From positions 36,038 through 100,037 of the forward strand of contig JAZLBC010000031.1 in NCBI GenBank assembly GCA_045613505.1: DNA of 64,000 nucleotides, in the 5' to 3' direction. The stretch is from Christensenellaceae bacterium. GTDB lineage: Bacteria; Bacillota; Clostridia; Christensenellales; Borkfalkiaceae. Of the stretch, positions 47,658 to 56,586 are shown piece by piece. The first letter of the stretch is position 1. Each line of letters begins with the position of its first letter. The notes below the pieces were generated by a model. It was not told the origin of the DNA, made no database searches, and saw only the letters and a list, made by a program, of their open reading frames with translations. Made by a program: the position numbers and the translations under genes.

Positions 47658-48644
47658 ATGAACGCTAACGCTAATATTAGACCTACTACAATGAAAAGAA
47701 TTGTAAACAAAAAACTCGCTAACGCTTTTATCGAAGAACAAATTAAAATCGTTAGAGAACAAGTTAAAGATAAAAAAGTTTTACTCGCTTTGTCTGGTGG
47801 CGTAGACTCTTCCGTAGTTGCCGCACTACTCGTTAAAGCCATTGGCAAGCAACTAGTTTGCGTACACGTTAACCACGGTCTTCTTCGCAAAGGCGAACCA
47901 GAACAAGTTATAAAAGTGTTCCGCGACGAAATGAACGCTAACCTTATCTACGCTGATATGGCTGATAGGTTCTTAGACAAACTAAAAGGCGTTTCCGACC
48001 CTGAACAAAAACGCAAAATTATCGGCGCTGAATTTATTAAAGTTTTTGAAGAAGAAGCAAGAAAACTTGAAGGCATAGAATTTTTAGCGCAAGGCACTAT
48101 TTACCCTGATATTATAGAAAGCAAAGGCGTTAAGGCACACCATAACGTTGGTGGACTTCCAGAAGACCTTAAATTTGAACTTTGCGAACCTATTAAACTA
48201 CTTTATAAAGACGAAGTTAGAGAAGTTGGCAGAGCGCTAGGCTTACCTTCTAGTATGGTTGACCGTCAACCGTTCCCTGGTCCTGGTCTTGGCGTTAGAT
48301 GTCTTGGCGCGATTACCAAAGAAAGACTAGAAGCAGTTAGAGAATCAGACGCGATTTTACGCGAAGAATTCGATAACTTTAAACTAACTTCAAAGGTATG
48401 GCAATTCTTTACAGCCGTTCCAGACTTTAAGTCGGTTGGCGTTAAAAACGACAAAAGGTTCGACGGCTATCCCGTTATTATCCGCGCCGTAAACACCGTA
48501 GACGCGATGACGGCTACCGTGCCTGAAATTCCTTACAAGGTGCTTAAAAAAATCACCGATAGAATTTTAAGCGAAGTAGAAGGCGTTAACCGCGTGCTAT
48601 TCGATATGTCGCCAAAGCCTGTTGCTACTATCGAGTGGGAATAA
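47658..48644 (+). CDS. guaA: GMP synthase ATP-pyrophosphatase/dimerisation part only (GuaA subunit-B-like); no glutamine amidotransferase domain
   Basis: The ORF begins about 35 aa before the PP-loop [11 protein letters not shown] and ends with the canonical KPVATIEWE. It is 328 aa, against roughly 510-525 aa for fused bacterial GuaA. Confidence 0.85.
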   Translation: MNANANIRPTTMKRIVNKKLANAFIEEQIKIVREQVKDKKVLLALSGGVDSSVVAALLVKAIGKQLVCVHVNHGLLRKGEPEQVIKVFRDEMNANLIYADMADRFLDKLKGVSDPEQKRKIIGAEFIKVFEEEARKLEGIEFLAQGTIYPDIIESKGVKAHHNVGGLPEDLKFELCEPIKLLYKDEVREVGRALGLPSSMVDRQPFPGPGLGVRCLGAITKERLEAVRESDAILREEFDNFKLTSKVWQFFTAVPDFKSVGVKNDKRFDGYPVIIRAVNTVDAMTATVPEIPYKVLKKITDRILSEVEGVNRVLFDMSPKPVATIEWE

Positions 48645-48656
48645 GATTTAGAAAAA

Positions 48657-48696
48657 TTAAAAACCTTTGCAATATCCTTTTGCAAAGGTTTTTTTA
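48657..48696. terminator. Bidirectional rho-independent terminator
   Basis: acctttgcaa-tatcctt-ttgcaaaggt with flanking A/T runs. Confidence 0.75.
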
Positions 48697-48737
48697 TTTA
48701 TACGTTTTATATTAGATTATAGTTTTTTTGGTTTAGT

Positions 48738-49826
48738 TTATTTTTTGATTAGTTCGGCGTAAATTTCTTTAAGTATTTCTGTGTGTATGCCTAGATATCT
48801 TTTGTTCCACGATAAAATATTCATACCCATAACTACCGAAATTCCGCTCGTTGGGTCTGATAGCCAAAAAGAACCGCAAGCGCCGTCCCAACCAAATTCG
48901 CCTTTATTAAGGCCAAAATCGTTATCCACTAACCTTACCCTTACGCCTAAGCCGTAGCCGTATTCGTTACCTTGCCAGTTAAAACTATGTTTTACGAATT
49001 CGTTAGAAAGTGGTGATTTAGTTAACGCATCAATACTTTCTTTGCTTAGTATTCTTTGTCCGTTTTCCGCCACGCCACCATTAGTTAGGGCCTTTACTAG
49101 TTTTGAATAGTCTTCTACGTTAGATATAAGCCCCGCGCCACCGCTAATATAATTTTTAGAAAACAATAATGCGTTTTCTAGCGTGGTGGGAACTACCGAT
49201 AAATCGTCTTTGCACTCGTACTTTTCATAAACGTTAGTAAAGTCGTTTTTAAACGTTGCGCTTTGCGTTTCTAGTTTGTCGAATATATTTTTCCTAACGT
49301 ATTCGTCAAAACTCATACCCGAAACAATTTCTACAATGCCCGCCAAAACGTCGTGCGAGAGTCCGTAGGTATAACTTGTGCCTGGCTTAAACGCTAGCGG
49401 ACTGCCAACGAAAGCAGGTATAAAATCTTTAAGAGTGGCCGTTTCGTACGCGCTTTCTCTAAGGGCTTTAATACGTGGTGTTTCCGTGTCGTAAGTAAGC
49501 CCCGAAGTCATCATTAAAAGGTGCTTTATAGTTGTTTTAGCCCTGTTTTTCTTGATTTTTTCACCTTTTAGATACGTGGTTTTCTTAAAGCACGGAAAGA
49601 ATTTTTCTACCTTGTCTTTAAGTGAAAGTTTGCCTTGTTCTATAAGTTGCATAATAGACACTACTGTAAAAATCTTACTCATAGAATACATTTGCAATCT
49701 TTCAAGTCCCGTGGCGTTTTCGGTGTTATATTTAAGCACCAAGTCGTACCCCTTAAACACCCTAACGCTAAGGTATGGTAATTCGTGCGCTTTAACTATT
49801 TTCTTTATATTACTTTCAAAACTCAT
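48738..49826 (-). CDS. Serine hydrolase of the beta-lactamase/PBP4* (class C-like) family
   Basis: SxxK motif YSMSKIFT. No signal peptide. 362 aa. Confidence 0.7.
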   Translation of the reverse strand: MSFESNIKKIVKAHELPYLSVRVFKGYDLVLKYNTENATGLERLQMYSMSKIFTVVSIMQLIEQGKLSLKDKVEKFFPCFKKTTYLKGEKIKKNRAKTTIKHLLMMTSGLTYDTETPRIKALRESAYETATLKDFIPAFVGSPLAFKPGTSYTYGLSHDVLAGIVEIVSGMSFDEYVRKNIFDKLETQSATFKNDFTNVYEKYECKDDLSVVPTTLENALLFSKNYISGGAGLISNVEDYSKLVKALTNGGVAENGQRILSKESIDALTKSPLSNEFVKHSFNWQGNEYGYGLGVRVRLVDNDFGLNKGEFGWDGACGSFWLSDPTSGISVVMGMNILSWNKRYLGIHTEILKEIYAELIKK

Positions 49827-49855
49827 TTTATTACTTCCTATTAGTACCTTCTATC

Positions 49856-50509
49856 TTATTCGCCTTTTATTGCAGAAACGTATTTTTTTGCAAGTTCGGT
49901 TATACCTTTCCAGTCTTCGTTTTCTATCATTTTTTTATCGGTTATATTAGAGCCAACGCCAAAGCCCGAAACACCCGCTTTTAGATAGTCTTTAACGTTG
50001 TTTTCGTTTATACCACCAACGGCTAAAAACTTAATATGTGAAAGCGGTGCTTTAACTGCTTTTACGTAGCCCGTTCCTAAATTAGTTATAGGGAAAAGTT
50101 TAACAAAGTCTGCGCCTGCCCTATTTGCAGTTTGTATTTCGCTAGGGGTTAACGCGCCGGGCATAGAAACCATTTCTAGTTCTTTGGTCTTTTTTATAAC
50201 GTTTTCGTAAGTGTCTGGCGAAATTATAAAACAACCACCTGCCGATTTAGTTAGTTCTACTTGGCTTTCTTTTATAACCGTGCCTGCACCGATATACATT
50301 TTTCCATCAAATTCTTTAACAAGGCTAGCAATCATTTCAGCCGTATCTTCATCAGACACTTTGCCGTTTGCTGAATAGGTTACTTCAAGTAGCCTAACGC
50401 CACCGTCGTACATTGCTTTTGCTAGTGGAATTAGTTTGTCTTTTGCAATGCCCCTTACTATTACGATTAGTTTTTCTTGCTCGATTGTTTTAATAACTTC
50501 GTTCATCAT
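49856..50509 (-). CDS. eda: KDPG / 4-hydroxy-2-oxoglutarate aldolase
   Basis: LIVIVRG, GGVRLLEVTY and GADFVKLFP. Confidence 0.85.
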   Translation of the reverse strand: MMNEVIKTIEQEKLIVIVRGIAKDKLIPLAKAMYDGGVRLLEVTYSANGKVSDEDTAEMIASLVKEFDGKMYIGAGTVIKESQVELTKSAGGCFIISPDTYENVIKKTKELEMVSMPGALTPSEIQTANRAGADFVKLFPITNLGTGYVKAVKAPLSHIKFLAVGGINENNVKDYLKAGVSGFGVGSNITDKKMIENEDWKGITELAKKYVSAIKGE

Positions 50510-50521
50510 AATTGCTCCCTT

Positions 50522-52156
50522 TTATTTGTTTTCTTCCCATATAGATTTTAAGTTGTATCTAGTTACTTTTATAGGTTTATCGCTCTTAACGTTAACTTCG
50601 GTTACCCTTGTATCTACGTAATAAGTTAAACTTATTTCGTCTGCGATAAAGAACTCTATGCTCTTTGTATCGGCAAACATCCTAACTTTTATTTCGCCGT
50701 CGGTGATAATTTCATATTCTTTATAATACCTAGTGTCTGAAATGATTTTTCTGTTTTTAGCATCAAAAATTAGTTTTTCGCCGTTTATCGTAAACTCTAC
50801 GTCAAATTCTCCTAGCGTAAACACGTATTCGCAAGGTGTTTTTAATAGTTGAGAAGACTTAAACTCGATTTCTTCGCTATCTTTTCTAAGTGTTAAAAGC
50901 GCATCTATCGGTTTTTTGAACACCCTATAACCTAGTTTTGTTTTTACTAGCGATAGTTCGGTTGCAAGGCTCATTGATGAGTTAAAACCTTCTATTCCGT
51001 AGCCTTGACCTTCTAGGTAAGTACATCGCATATTACTATCTACTAGCCAAGCAAGGTATATGCGTTTTTTGCTTGATGGATAGTTGCAAAACGTTTGACC
51101 TGCGTAAATAGAGTTCCAACCACCATAGTCTAAATATAGGTCTTGCTCTATTGCCGTAAACTTAAAGTTTTCGAACGTGCCGATGCTATATTTGCCGTTT
51201 CCACCATACATAACGTAAAATTTTTCATCGGCGTTAACTACGTCTAATTCAAAAAAATCTGGGCATTCGTGAAATTTTTCACCACTAGAAACCTTTTTCC
51301 AGTTTTTTCCGTCTTCGGTAACGTAAAAAGAAGTGCTAGGCTCTTCGCTAACGGGTTCGAATACTAAAATATAAATCTTGCCGTTATGTTCAAAGATTTT
51401 AGGGTCTCGCCAGTCGTAGCCGTCTGGCACGGGAATTATCGGGTTAAAATCAAAGCGTGTAAACGTCATACCATTATCAGTGCTGTAATACAGGTTTTGC
51501 CCTTCGTCTTGTGTGATTTTTGGTCTGCCGTTATACTGATGCGATTGTAGATAAGTGCAAGCCGAAATTATTGCGCCCTTGCCTTTGCCAAAAAAGTTAT
51601 TATTATCAACGAAAGAACTGCCCGATGCGATAAAGCATCTGCTACTTATCGGCATAATTGCATCTGGATATTCTTCGTAATGCACAAGGTCGGTGGTAAT
51701 TGCGTGCCCCCAAGATACGTTGATAAAGCCGTTTCTACTGCCAAAAGGGTTATGTTGAAAATAAACGTTAAACTTTCCGTCTTTATAAAAAAGTCCGTTA
51801 AGGTCGTTCATCCAACCACGGCGCGATGAAAAGTGAATTTGTTGGCGCGATGGTTCTTTATATAAGTTTGGGTATAAATCTTTTTGTTTTTCAGGCGTAT
51901 CGCCGTAAATAAACCCGTCGAATATGCCATTTGCGTTTTGATACTCGCAAACGAAAGTAATTTCGTTTTCTTTATAGTTAGCAAGGTTTAGCGCAACGTA
52001 AAAATCGGGCTCTACGCCTATTGCAACGTTAAAGTAAAACTCGTGAACAAGTTGTTCGCCATCGTAAACTTTTATGTATTTACCCACGCTTGGATTATCA
52101 TCTCTAATAGGTATATGTAAAAATTTTTTTGTATTAGCAAAAACGCGCTTTTCCAT
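50522..52156 (-). CDS. Glycoside hydrolase family 32 (beta-fructofuranosidase/levanase-like), cytoplasmic
   Basis: Catalytic signatures GWMNDLNGL (WMNDPNG), WRDPKIF (RDP) and HECPDFF (EC). No signal peptide. Confidence 0.88.
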   Translation of the reverse strand: MEKRVFANTKKFLHIPIRDDNPSVGKYIKVYDGEQLVHEFYFNVAIGVEPDFYVALNLANYKENEITFVCEYQNANGIFDGFIYGDTPEKQKDLYPNLYKEPSRQQIHFSSRRGWMNDLNGLFYKDGKFNVYFQHNPFGSRNGFINVSWGHAITTDLVHYEEYPDAIMPISSRCFIASGSSFVDNNNFFGKGKGAIISACTYLQSHQYNGRPKITQDEGQNLYYSTDNGMTFTRFDFNPIIPVPDGYDWRDPKIFEHNGKIYILVFEPVSEEPSTSFYVTEDGKNWKKVSSGEKFHECPDFFELDVVNADEKFYVMYGGNGKYSIGTFENFKFTAIEQDLYLDYGGWNSIYAGQTFCNYPSSKKRIYLAWLVDSNMRCTYLEGQGYGIEGFNSSMSLATELSLVKTKLGYRVFKKPIDALLTLRKDSEEIEFKSSQLLKTPCEYVFTLGEFDVEFTINGEKLIFDAKNRKIISDTRYYKEYEIITDGEIKVRMFADTKSIEFFIADEISLTYYVDTRVTEVNVKSDKPIKVTRYNLKSIWEENK

Positions 52157-52275
52157 AATCTCATTTCCTTTATATTGCGTTTAGTTTATTATACACTAAT
52201 TTACTAAATAAATCTATAATAACTAAAAACTTTTTACAAAATTTTTAGGTTAAAGTTTTATTTTGTGCAAAAGAG

Positions 52276-52303
52276 AAACCGAAAGTTTTACTTTCGGTTT
52301 TTA
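52276..52303 (-). terminator. Hairpin terminator after the CDF transporter gene
   Basis: aaccgaaag-tttta-ctttcggtt. The U-tract is stronger on the plus strand than on the minus strand. Confidence 0.45.
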
Positions 52304-52317
52304 TGCTATATTTCTTT

Positions 52318-53442
52318 CTAAACGTTGTGCTCTACCGTAATAACGGCGCAATATTTATCGTTTATTTCTTTTATTTTTTTAGTTATTATGTCTATAATTT
52401 CTGTTTTAGTTAGTTTTTCGCCGTAAGGAATTACCACATCAAACAACACGTTAGTTCGCCTTTCGCCCACAACTAATCTAAAATCGTGCAAAGAGAACTC
52501 TGGGTTTAAATCTTTTACTATCTTTACAACTTTTTCTTTCAAGAAGTTCGCTTCTTCGTTGTCTGTAACGATTGGGTCTAGATGTCCCGTTAAAATAACG
52601 TTGGTATTATTTAAAAAGTCTTTTTCGATATCGTCTATAAGTTCATGTGATACTAAAACGTCTACTTTTGCATCTACTTCGATATGCACGCTGGCGTAGT
52701 ATTTATTAGGGCCGTAACTATAAACCCATAAATCGTGCACGTCTAAAACGCCGTCGTAAGAAAGTATTTTTTGTTTAATTTCTTTTAGCATGCTCTCGTC
52801 AGGCGCTTTACCGATTAAAGTAGAAAAAATCTCTCTAAGCACGTTTATGCCAGACCAAGCGATAAAGAGCGCCACAAGCACACCCGCATACCCGTCTAGG
52901 TTAAAGCCCGAAAGATGCGTTATTAAAAAGGTTACGCCTACTACGGTAGTAGAAATGCAATCGGTAAGGCAATCTACTGCGCTTGCTTTAAGTATTGAAG
53001 AATCAATCTTTTTGGCAACCTTGGTATAGTAGAAATATAGTAAAATTTTAATTAGTATTGATAATGCTAACGCAAGCACTACCCAAACTGAAAAAGATAC
53101 TGCGCTTGGCGAAATTATTTTTGAAACGCCGTCTTTAACGGTATCAAACGCGACAAGCAAAATCAAAAACGCCACTATAAGTGAAAAAATATATTCAATT
53201 CTTTCGTGCCCAAAAGGGTGTTCTTTATCCGCGGGACGAGAAGACAACTTAAAAGACACTATCGATATAACGCTACTGCCACAGTCGGTTAGATTATTAA
53301 GCCCGTCTGCAAGAACGGATACAACGCCAAAAATACTGCCAACTGCAATTTTTGCGCCGGCTAAAAATAGATTTAACACTATACCTATAATACTCGCCGT
53401 CTTGCCCAATTTTTCTCTTTTAATAGCGTCTTTCTTTTGCAT
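52318..53442 (-). CDS. Cation diffusion facilitator (CDF) family metal efflux transporter
   Basis: Six TM segments plus a cytoplasmic domain. SVLADGLNNLTDCGSS and HPFGHERIE motifs. Confidence 0.82.
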   Translation of the reverse strand: MQKKDAIKREKLGKTASIIGIVLNLFLAGAKIAVGSIFGVVSVLADGLNNLTDCGSSVISIVSFKLSSRPADKEHPFGHERIEYIFSLIVAFLILLVAFDTVKDGVSKIISPSAVSFSVWVVLALALSILIKILLYFYYTKVAKKIDSSILKASAVDCLTDCISTTVVGVTFLITHLSGFNLDGYAGVLVALFIAWSGINVLREIFSTLIGKAPDESMLKEIKQKILSYDGVLDVHDLWVYSYGPNKYYASVHIEVDAKVDVLVSHELIDDIEKDFLNNTNVILTGHLDPIVTDNEEANFLKEKVVKIVKDLNPEFSLHDFRLVVGERRTNVLFDVVIPYGEKLTKTEIIDIITKKIKEINDKYCAVITVEHNV

Positions 53443-53589
53443 AGTTTCTCCCCAAACATATTTTTTACAAACTAATTAAAAATCTCTTTTTATTATTATA
53501 TCACAACATCATTATTTTTCAAGTCAAAAAAAACGCAATCTTTTTTTAGATTATGCCTTTTTTAAATTGCATTTTATAATAAAAATTCA

Positions 53590-53617
53590 AAAAAACGTGA
53601 TAAAGTATCACGCTTTT
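53590..53617 (-). terminator. Rho-independent terminator closing the polysaccharide locus
   Basis: gcgtgata-cttt-atcacg(t) followed by uuuuuuu on the minus strand, starting right after the stop at 53618. Confidence 0.7.
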
Positions 53618-54772
53618 TTATAAGCCTATTCTATTAAATAGTTCTCTTGTTTTATCAACTTGTTCTTTTGTGGTGGTTTTAGTGTTTTTTATAGTAGATT
53701 TTGTGTACGTTCTAGACTTTTTGTTAAATGCTAGGTCGAACCACCTATATATCTGATAGAAAGGAAACAAAATTTTACATTTTTTTAGCGACGGATACTT
53801 TATTGATAGCTCTTTATAATTAACAAAAATCCTAGACAATATATATCTAAATTTTCCACCTTTTTTCGTTTGCTCTACGACAACACGATTCTCTATCGTT
53901 CCGTAAACGCCACCAGTTAAAACGTATTCTTCGAAAGTTTTAAGCGGTTCTTCTAATTCTTCACCGAAAAACCACGTTTTAAGTAGTTTTATAGACGCCG
54001 TTTCAAACGCTTTTAGCCCACCCTTAACTAGCAATTCTTGGGTTTTTTCTCGCGAGAAATCCATTTTTTCTGCGAGCAATGCTAAATCGATAAAAGGTTT
54101 TACACCACATCCACCAGTGCGCATATGCACAGCCATATGAACGATATGATAAACGTAAATCATTTCGTTAGACATGGCGTAGTGATAAGCCTTGCCATCT
54201 AACGTTTTATCCCAAACGGCGCAAAATAAATCTTGCCATTTTTGATCTTCTGTTAGGCTAAAATGAAGTTCCAAACTAATACCGCTTGGCGAGGTTAAAT
54301 TTACGTCGTGCGAGCCGTTATTGCCTTTTTTATACGACAATTCTGCGCATAAAACTTCTATTGCACGCGCTACGTCTTGCTCTTTAACCAAAACGTCTAT
54401 ATCGCAACTAGTGCGCATCCAGGGCTCGTTATAATACTTTCTAATAAGACTGCCTTTTAATGGCATAAACGGAATTTTTGACTTTTCTAAAACGGCGCAA
54501 ATTTGCTCTAATTCATACTCTAAAAGTTCGTGGCGATAATATGCCGTGTTGCGCGACTTTATAAAGCGTTTCACGATGGTTTCTTCGCCAACAAGCACAC
54601 CGTTTTTATCAAGCGAATCGCATACTAGATGTGCCAAATCGTGCTTTTTAGAAAGATTATACAGACTTGGCAAAATTTCAGGCGTTATTAAATTTTTTGT
54701 TTCGCCTAGGTCAAAACCAAAAACGGCGTTTCTAACCAAAGCAAAAAATACGTTAAGCAGTGTATTTTTCAT
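53618..54772 (-). CDS. Uncharacterised nucleotidyltransferase family protein (NTP_transf_5-like)
   Basis: FMPLKGSLIRKYYNEPWMRTSCDIDVLV matches the conserved core of this family as I recall it. Confidence 0.6.
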   Translation of the reverse strand: MKNTLLNVFFALVRNAVFGFDLGETKNLITPEILPSLYNLSKKHDLAHLVCDSLDKNGVLVGEETIVKRFIKSRNTAYYRHELLEYELEQICAVLEKSKIPFMPLKGSLIRKYYNEPWMRTSCDIDVLVKEQDVARAIEVLCAELSYKKGNNGSHDVNLTSPSGISLELHFSLTEDQKWQDLFCAVWDKTLDGKAYHYAMSNEMIYVYHIVHMAVHMRTGGCGVKPFIDLALLAEKMDFSREKTQELLVKGGLKAFETASIKLLKTWFFGEELEEPLKTFEEYVLTGGVYGTIENRVVVEQTKKGGKFRYILSRIFVNYKELSIKYPSLKKCKILFPFYQIYRWFDLAFNKKSRTYTKSTIKNTKTTTKEQVDKTRELFNRIGL

Positions 54773-54795
54773 ACCGCCCCTTGTGTTTATAGTTT

Positions 54796-55890
54796 TTATT
54801 CCTTTTCTAAAATGTCTGCAATTCGCTTACATGCAAAGCCGTCGCCGTAAGGGTTGCTTGCCTTTGCCATTTTTTCGTAAGCGTCTTTGTCTTCTAGTAA
54901 TAACTTAAAGTTTTTATATATAACTTCTTCGTTCGTTCCGACAAGTTTAAGCGTTCCTGCCTTAATCCCTTCTGGGCGTTCGGTAGTATCACGCATAACT
55001 AGAACGGGTTTGCCAAGCGACGGCGCTTCTTCTTGAATACCGCCACTATCGGTTAAAATTAGATAACTGCGCGCCAAAAAGTTATGGAAGTCTAAAACTT
55101 CTAGCGGTTCGATTATTCGTATTCTATCAAAACCGCCTAGTTCTTCTTCGGCGGCTTTTCTAACTACTGGGTTCATGTGTATAGGATAAATGGCTTTAAG
55201 GTCTTTGTGTTCTTCCATTACCCTACGAATAGCCCTAAACATATTGTGCATAGGCTTTCCTTGATTTTCACGCCTATGCGCCGTTATCATAATCAAACGG
55301 CTATCTTTTGCCCACTCTAGTTCGGGGTGTGTATAGTCTTTGCGAACGGTGGTTTTTAGCGCGTCTATCGCGGTGTTCCCCGTTACGAAAATGCTATCCT
55401 TATCTCTACCTTCTTTTATAAGATTATCGCGCGAAAGATTGGTTGGCGCAAAATTGTATTTAGAAATTACCGACACTGCTTGGCGGTTAAATTCTTCTGG
55501 ATAAGGGCTATAAATGTTATAGGTGCGTAGCCCCGCTTCTACGTGGCCGACAGGGATTTGCAAGTAAAAACATGCAAGCGCCGTTACGAAGGTGGTAGAC
55601 GTATCGCCATGAACTAACACAACGTCTGGCTTTACTTCTTCTAACACTTCTTTTATTCTATTTAAAATATTCGTAGTGATGTCAAATAAGGTTTGCTTAT
55701 CTTTCATAATAGATAAGTCGTAGTCTGGCGTTACTGAAAACGCTTCTAAAACTTGGTCTAACATTTGACGATGTTGCCCCGTAACGCAAACTATCGTTTT
55801 AACGTTCTTTCTAGTTTTTAGTTCGTTAACTAACGGACACATTTTTATTGCTTCGGGTCTTGTACCGAACACAAGCATAACTTTTTTCAT
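54796..55890 (-). CDS. wecB: UDP-N-acetylglucosamine 2-epimerase (non-hydrolysing)
   Basis: VFGTRPEAIKMCPLV, VHGDTSTT and DSGGIQEEAPSLGKPVLVMRDTTERPE. Confidence 0.93.
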   Translation of the reverse strand: MKKVMLVFGTRPEAIKMCPLVNELKTRKNVKTIVCVTGQHRQMLDQVLEAFSVTPDYDLSIMKDKQTLFDITTNILNRIKEVLEEVKPDVVLVHGDTSTTFVTALACFYLQIPVGHVEAGLRTYNIYSPYPEEFNRQAVSVISKYNFAPTNLSRDNLIKEGRDKDSIFVTGNTAIDALKTTVRKDYTHPELEWAKDSRLIMITAHRRENQGKPMHNMFRAIRRVMEEHKDLKAIYPIHMNPVVRKAAEEELGGFDRIRIIEPLEVLDFHNFLARSYLILTDSGGIQEEAPSLGKPVLVMRDTTERPEGIKAGTLKLVGTNEEVIYKNFKLLLEDKDAYEKMAKASNPYGDGFACKRIADILEKE

Positions 55891-55911
55891 AAATACACAC
55901 TTCCTTTTATT

Positions 55912-56586
55912 TTAGTAGGTTGTTTCGCCGTTATGAGTAATTAAAGAAACAGCGCAAACATATTCAATTTTCTCTAAATCTTGAACTATCGTATTATTAT
56001 CTGGAACACGCACCTCAATCACCAAAGAATACGAGTCTTTAGATAAATTTTTTGATTTAATCTTATATTTTAGCGACTTGCTGTTTAAATATTGCACGAT
56101 TTTTTCTTCAATAGAAGAACTCGTGCCATTTACGACCAAGATTTGCGGTGATCTTACTTCTTTAACCTTTGATAAAACAACTATCACTATGGTTAAAACT
56201 ACTGATAATATAATTGCAAATTCAGCAAAACCTGCACCGCAAATTATACCGACAGATATCGACCAGAATAGATAAACTAAATCCATCGGGTCTTTTATTG
56301 CCGTTCTAAATCTCACGATTGATAGCGCACCAACCATACCTAAAGAAATTACTATGCTTGATTGAACGGTAAAAATAATAGAAGCAGTTATAAGAGCCGT
56401 TGCAACTAAAGAAATACTAAAACTTAATGAATAGAATATTTTTTTAGTTGTTACTCTATAAATCAAGAAAATGTAACAGCCTATAAGCGCTGTTATTGCT
56501 AACGTTACTACTACAAATAATGTAGTTATGTCCGCAGGTTGATATCCTTCTAAAAATGTTTTCTTAAAAATTTCGCTAAACGTCAT
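55912..56586 (-). CDS. DUF4956-family membrane protein
   Basis: SLGMVGALSIVRFRTAIKDPMDLVYLFWSISVGIICGAG matches the DUF4956 core. AAGGAG RBS inside the 3' end of the CotH gene (11-nt overlap). Confidence 0.75.
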   Translation of the reverse strand: MTFSEIFKKTFLEGYQPADITTLFVVVTLAITALIGCYIFLIYRVTTKKIFYSLSFSISLVATALITASIIFTVQSSIVISLGMVGALSIVRFRTAIKDPMDLVYLFWSISVGIICGAGFAEFAIILSVVLTIVIVVLSKVKEVRSPQILVVNGTSSSIEEKIVQYLNSKSLKYKIKSKNLSKDSYSLVIEVRVPDNNTIVQDLEKIEYVCAVSLITHNGETTY

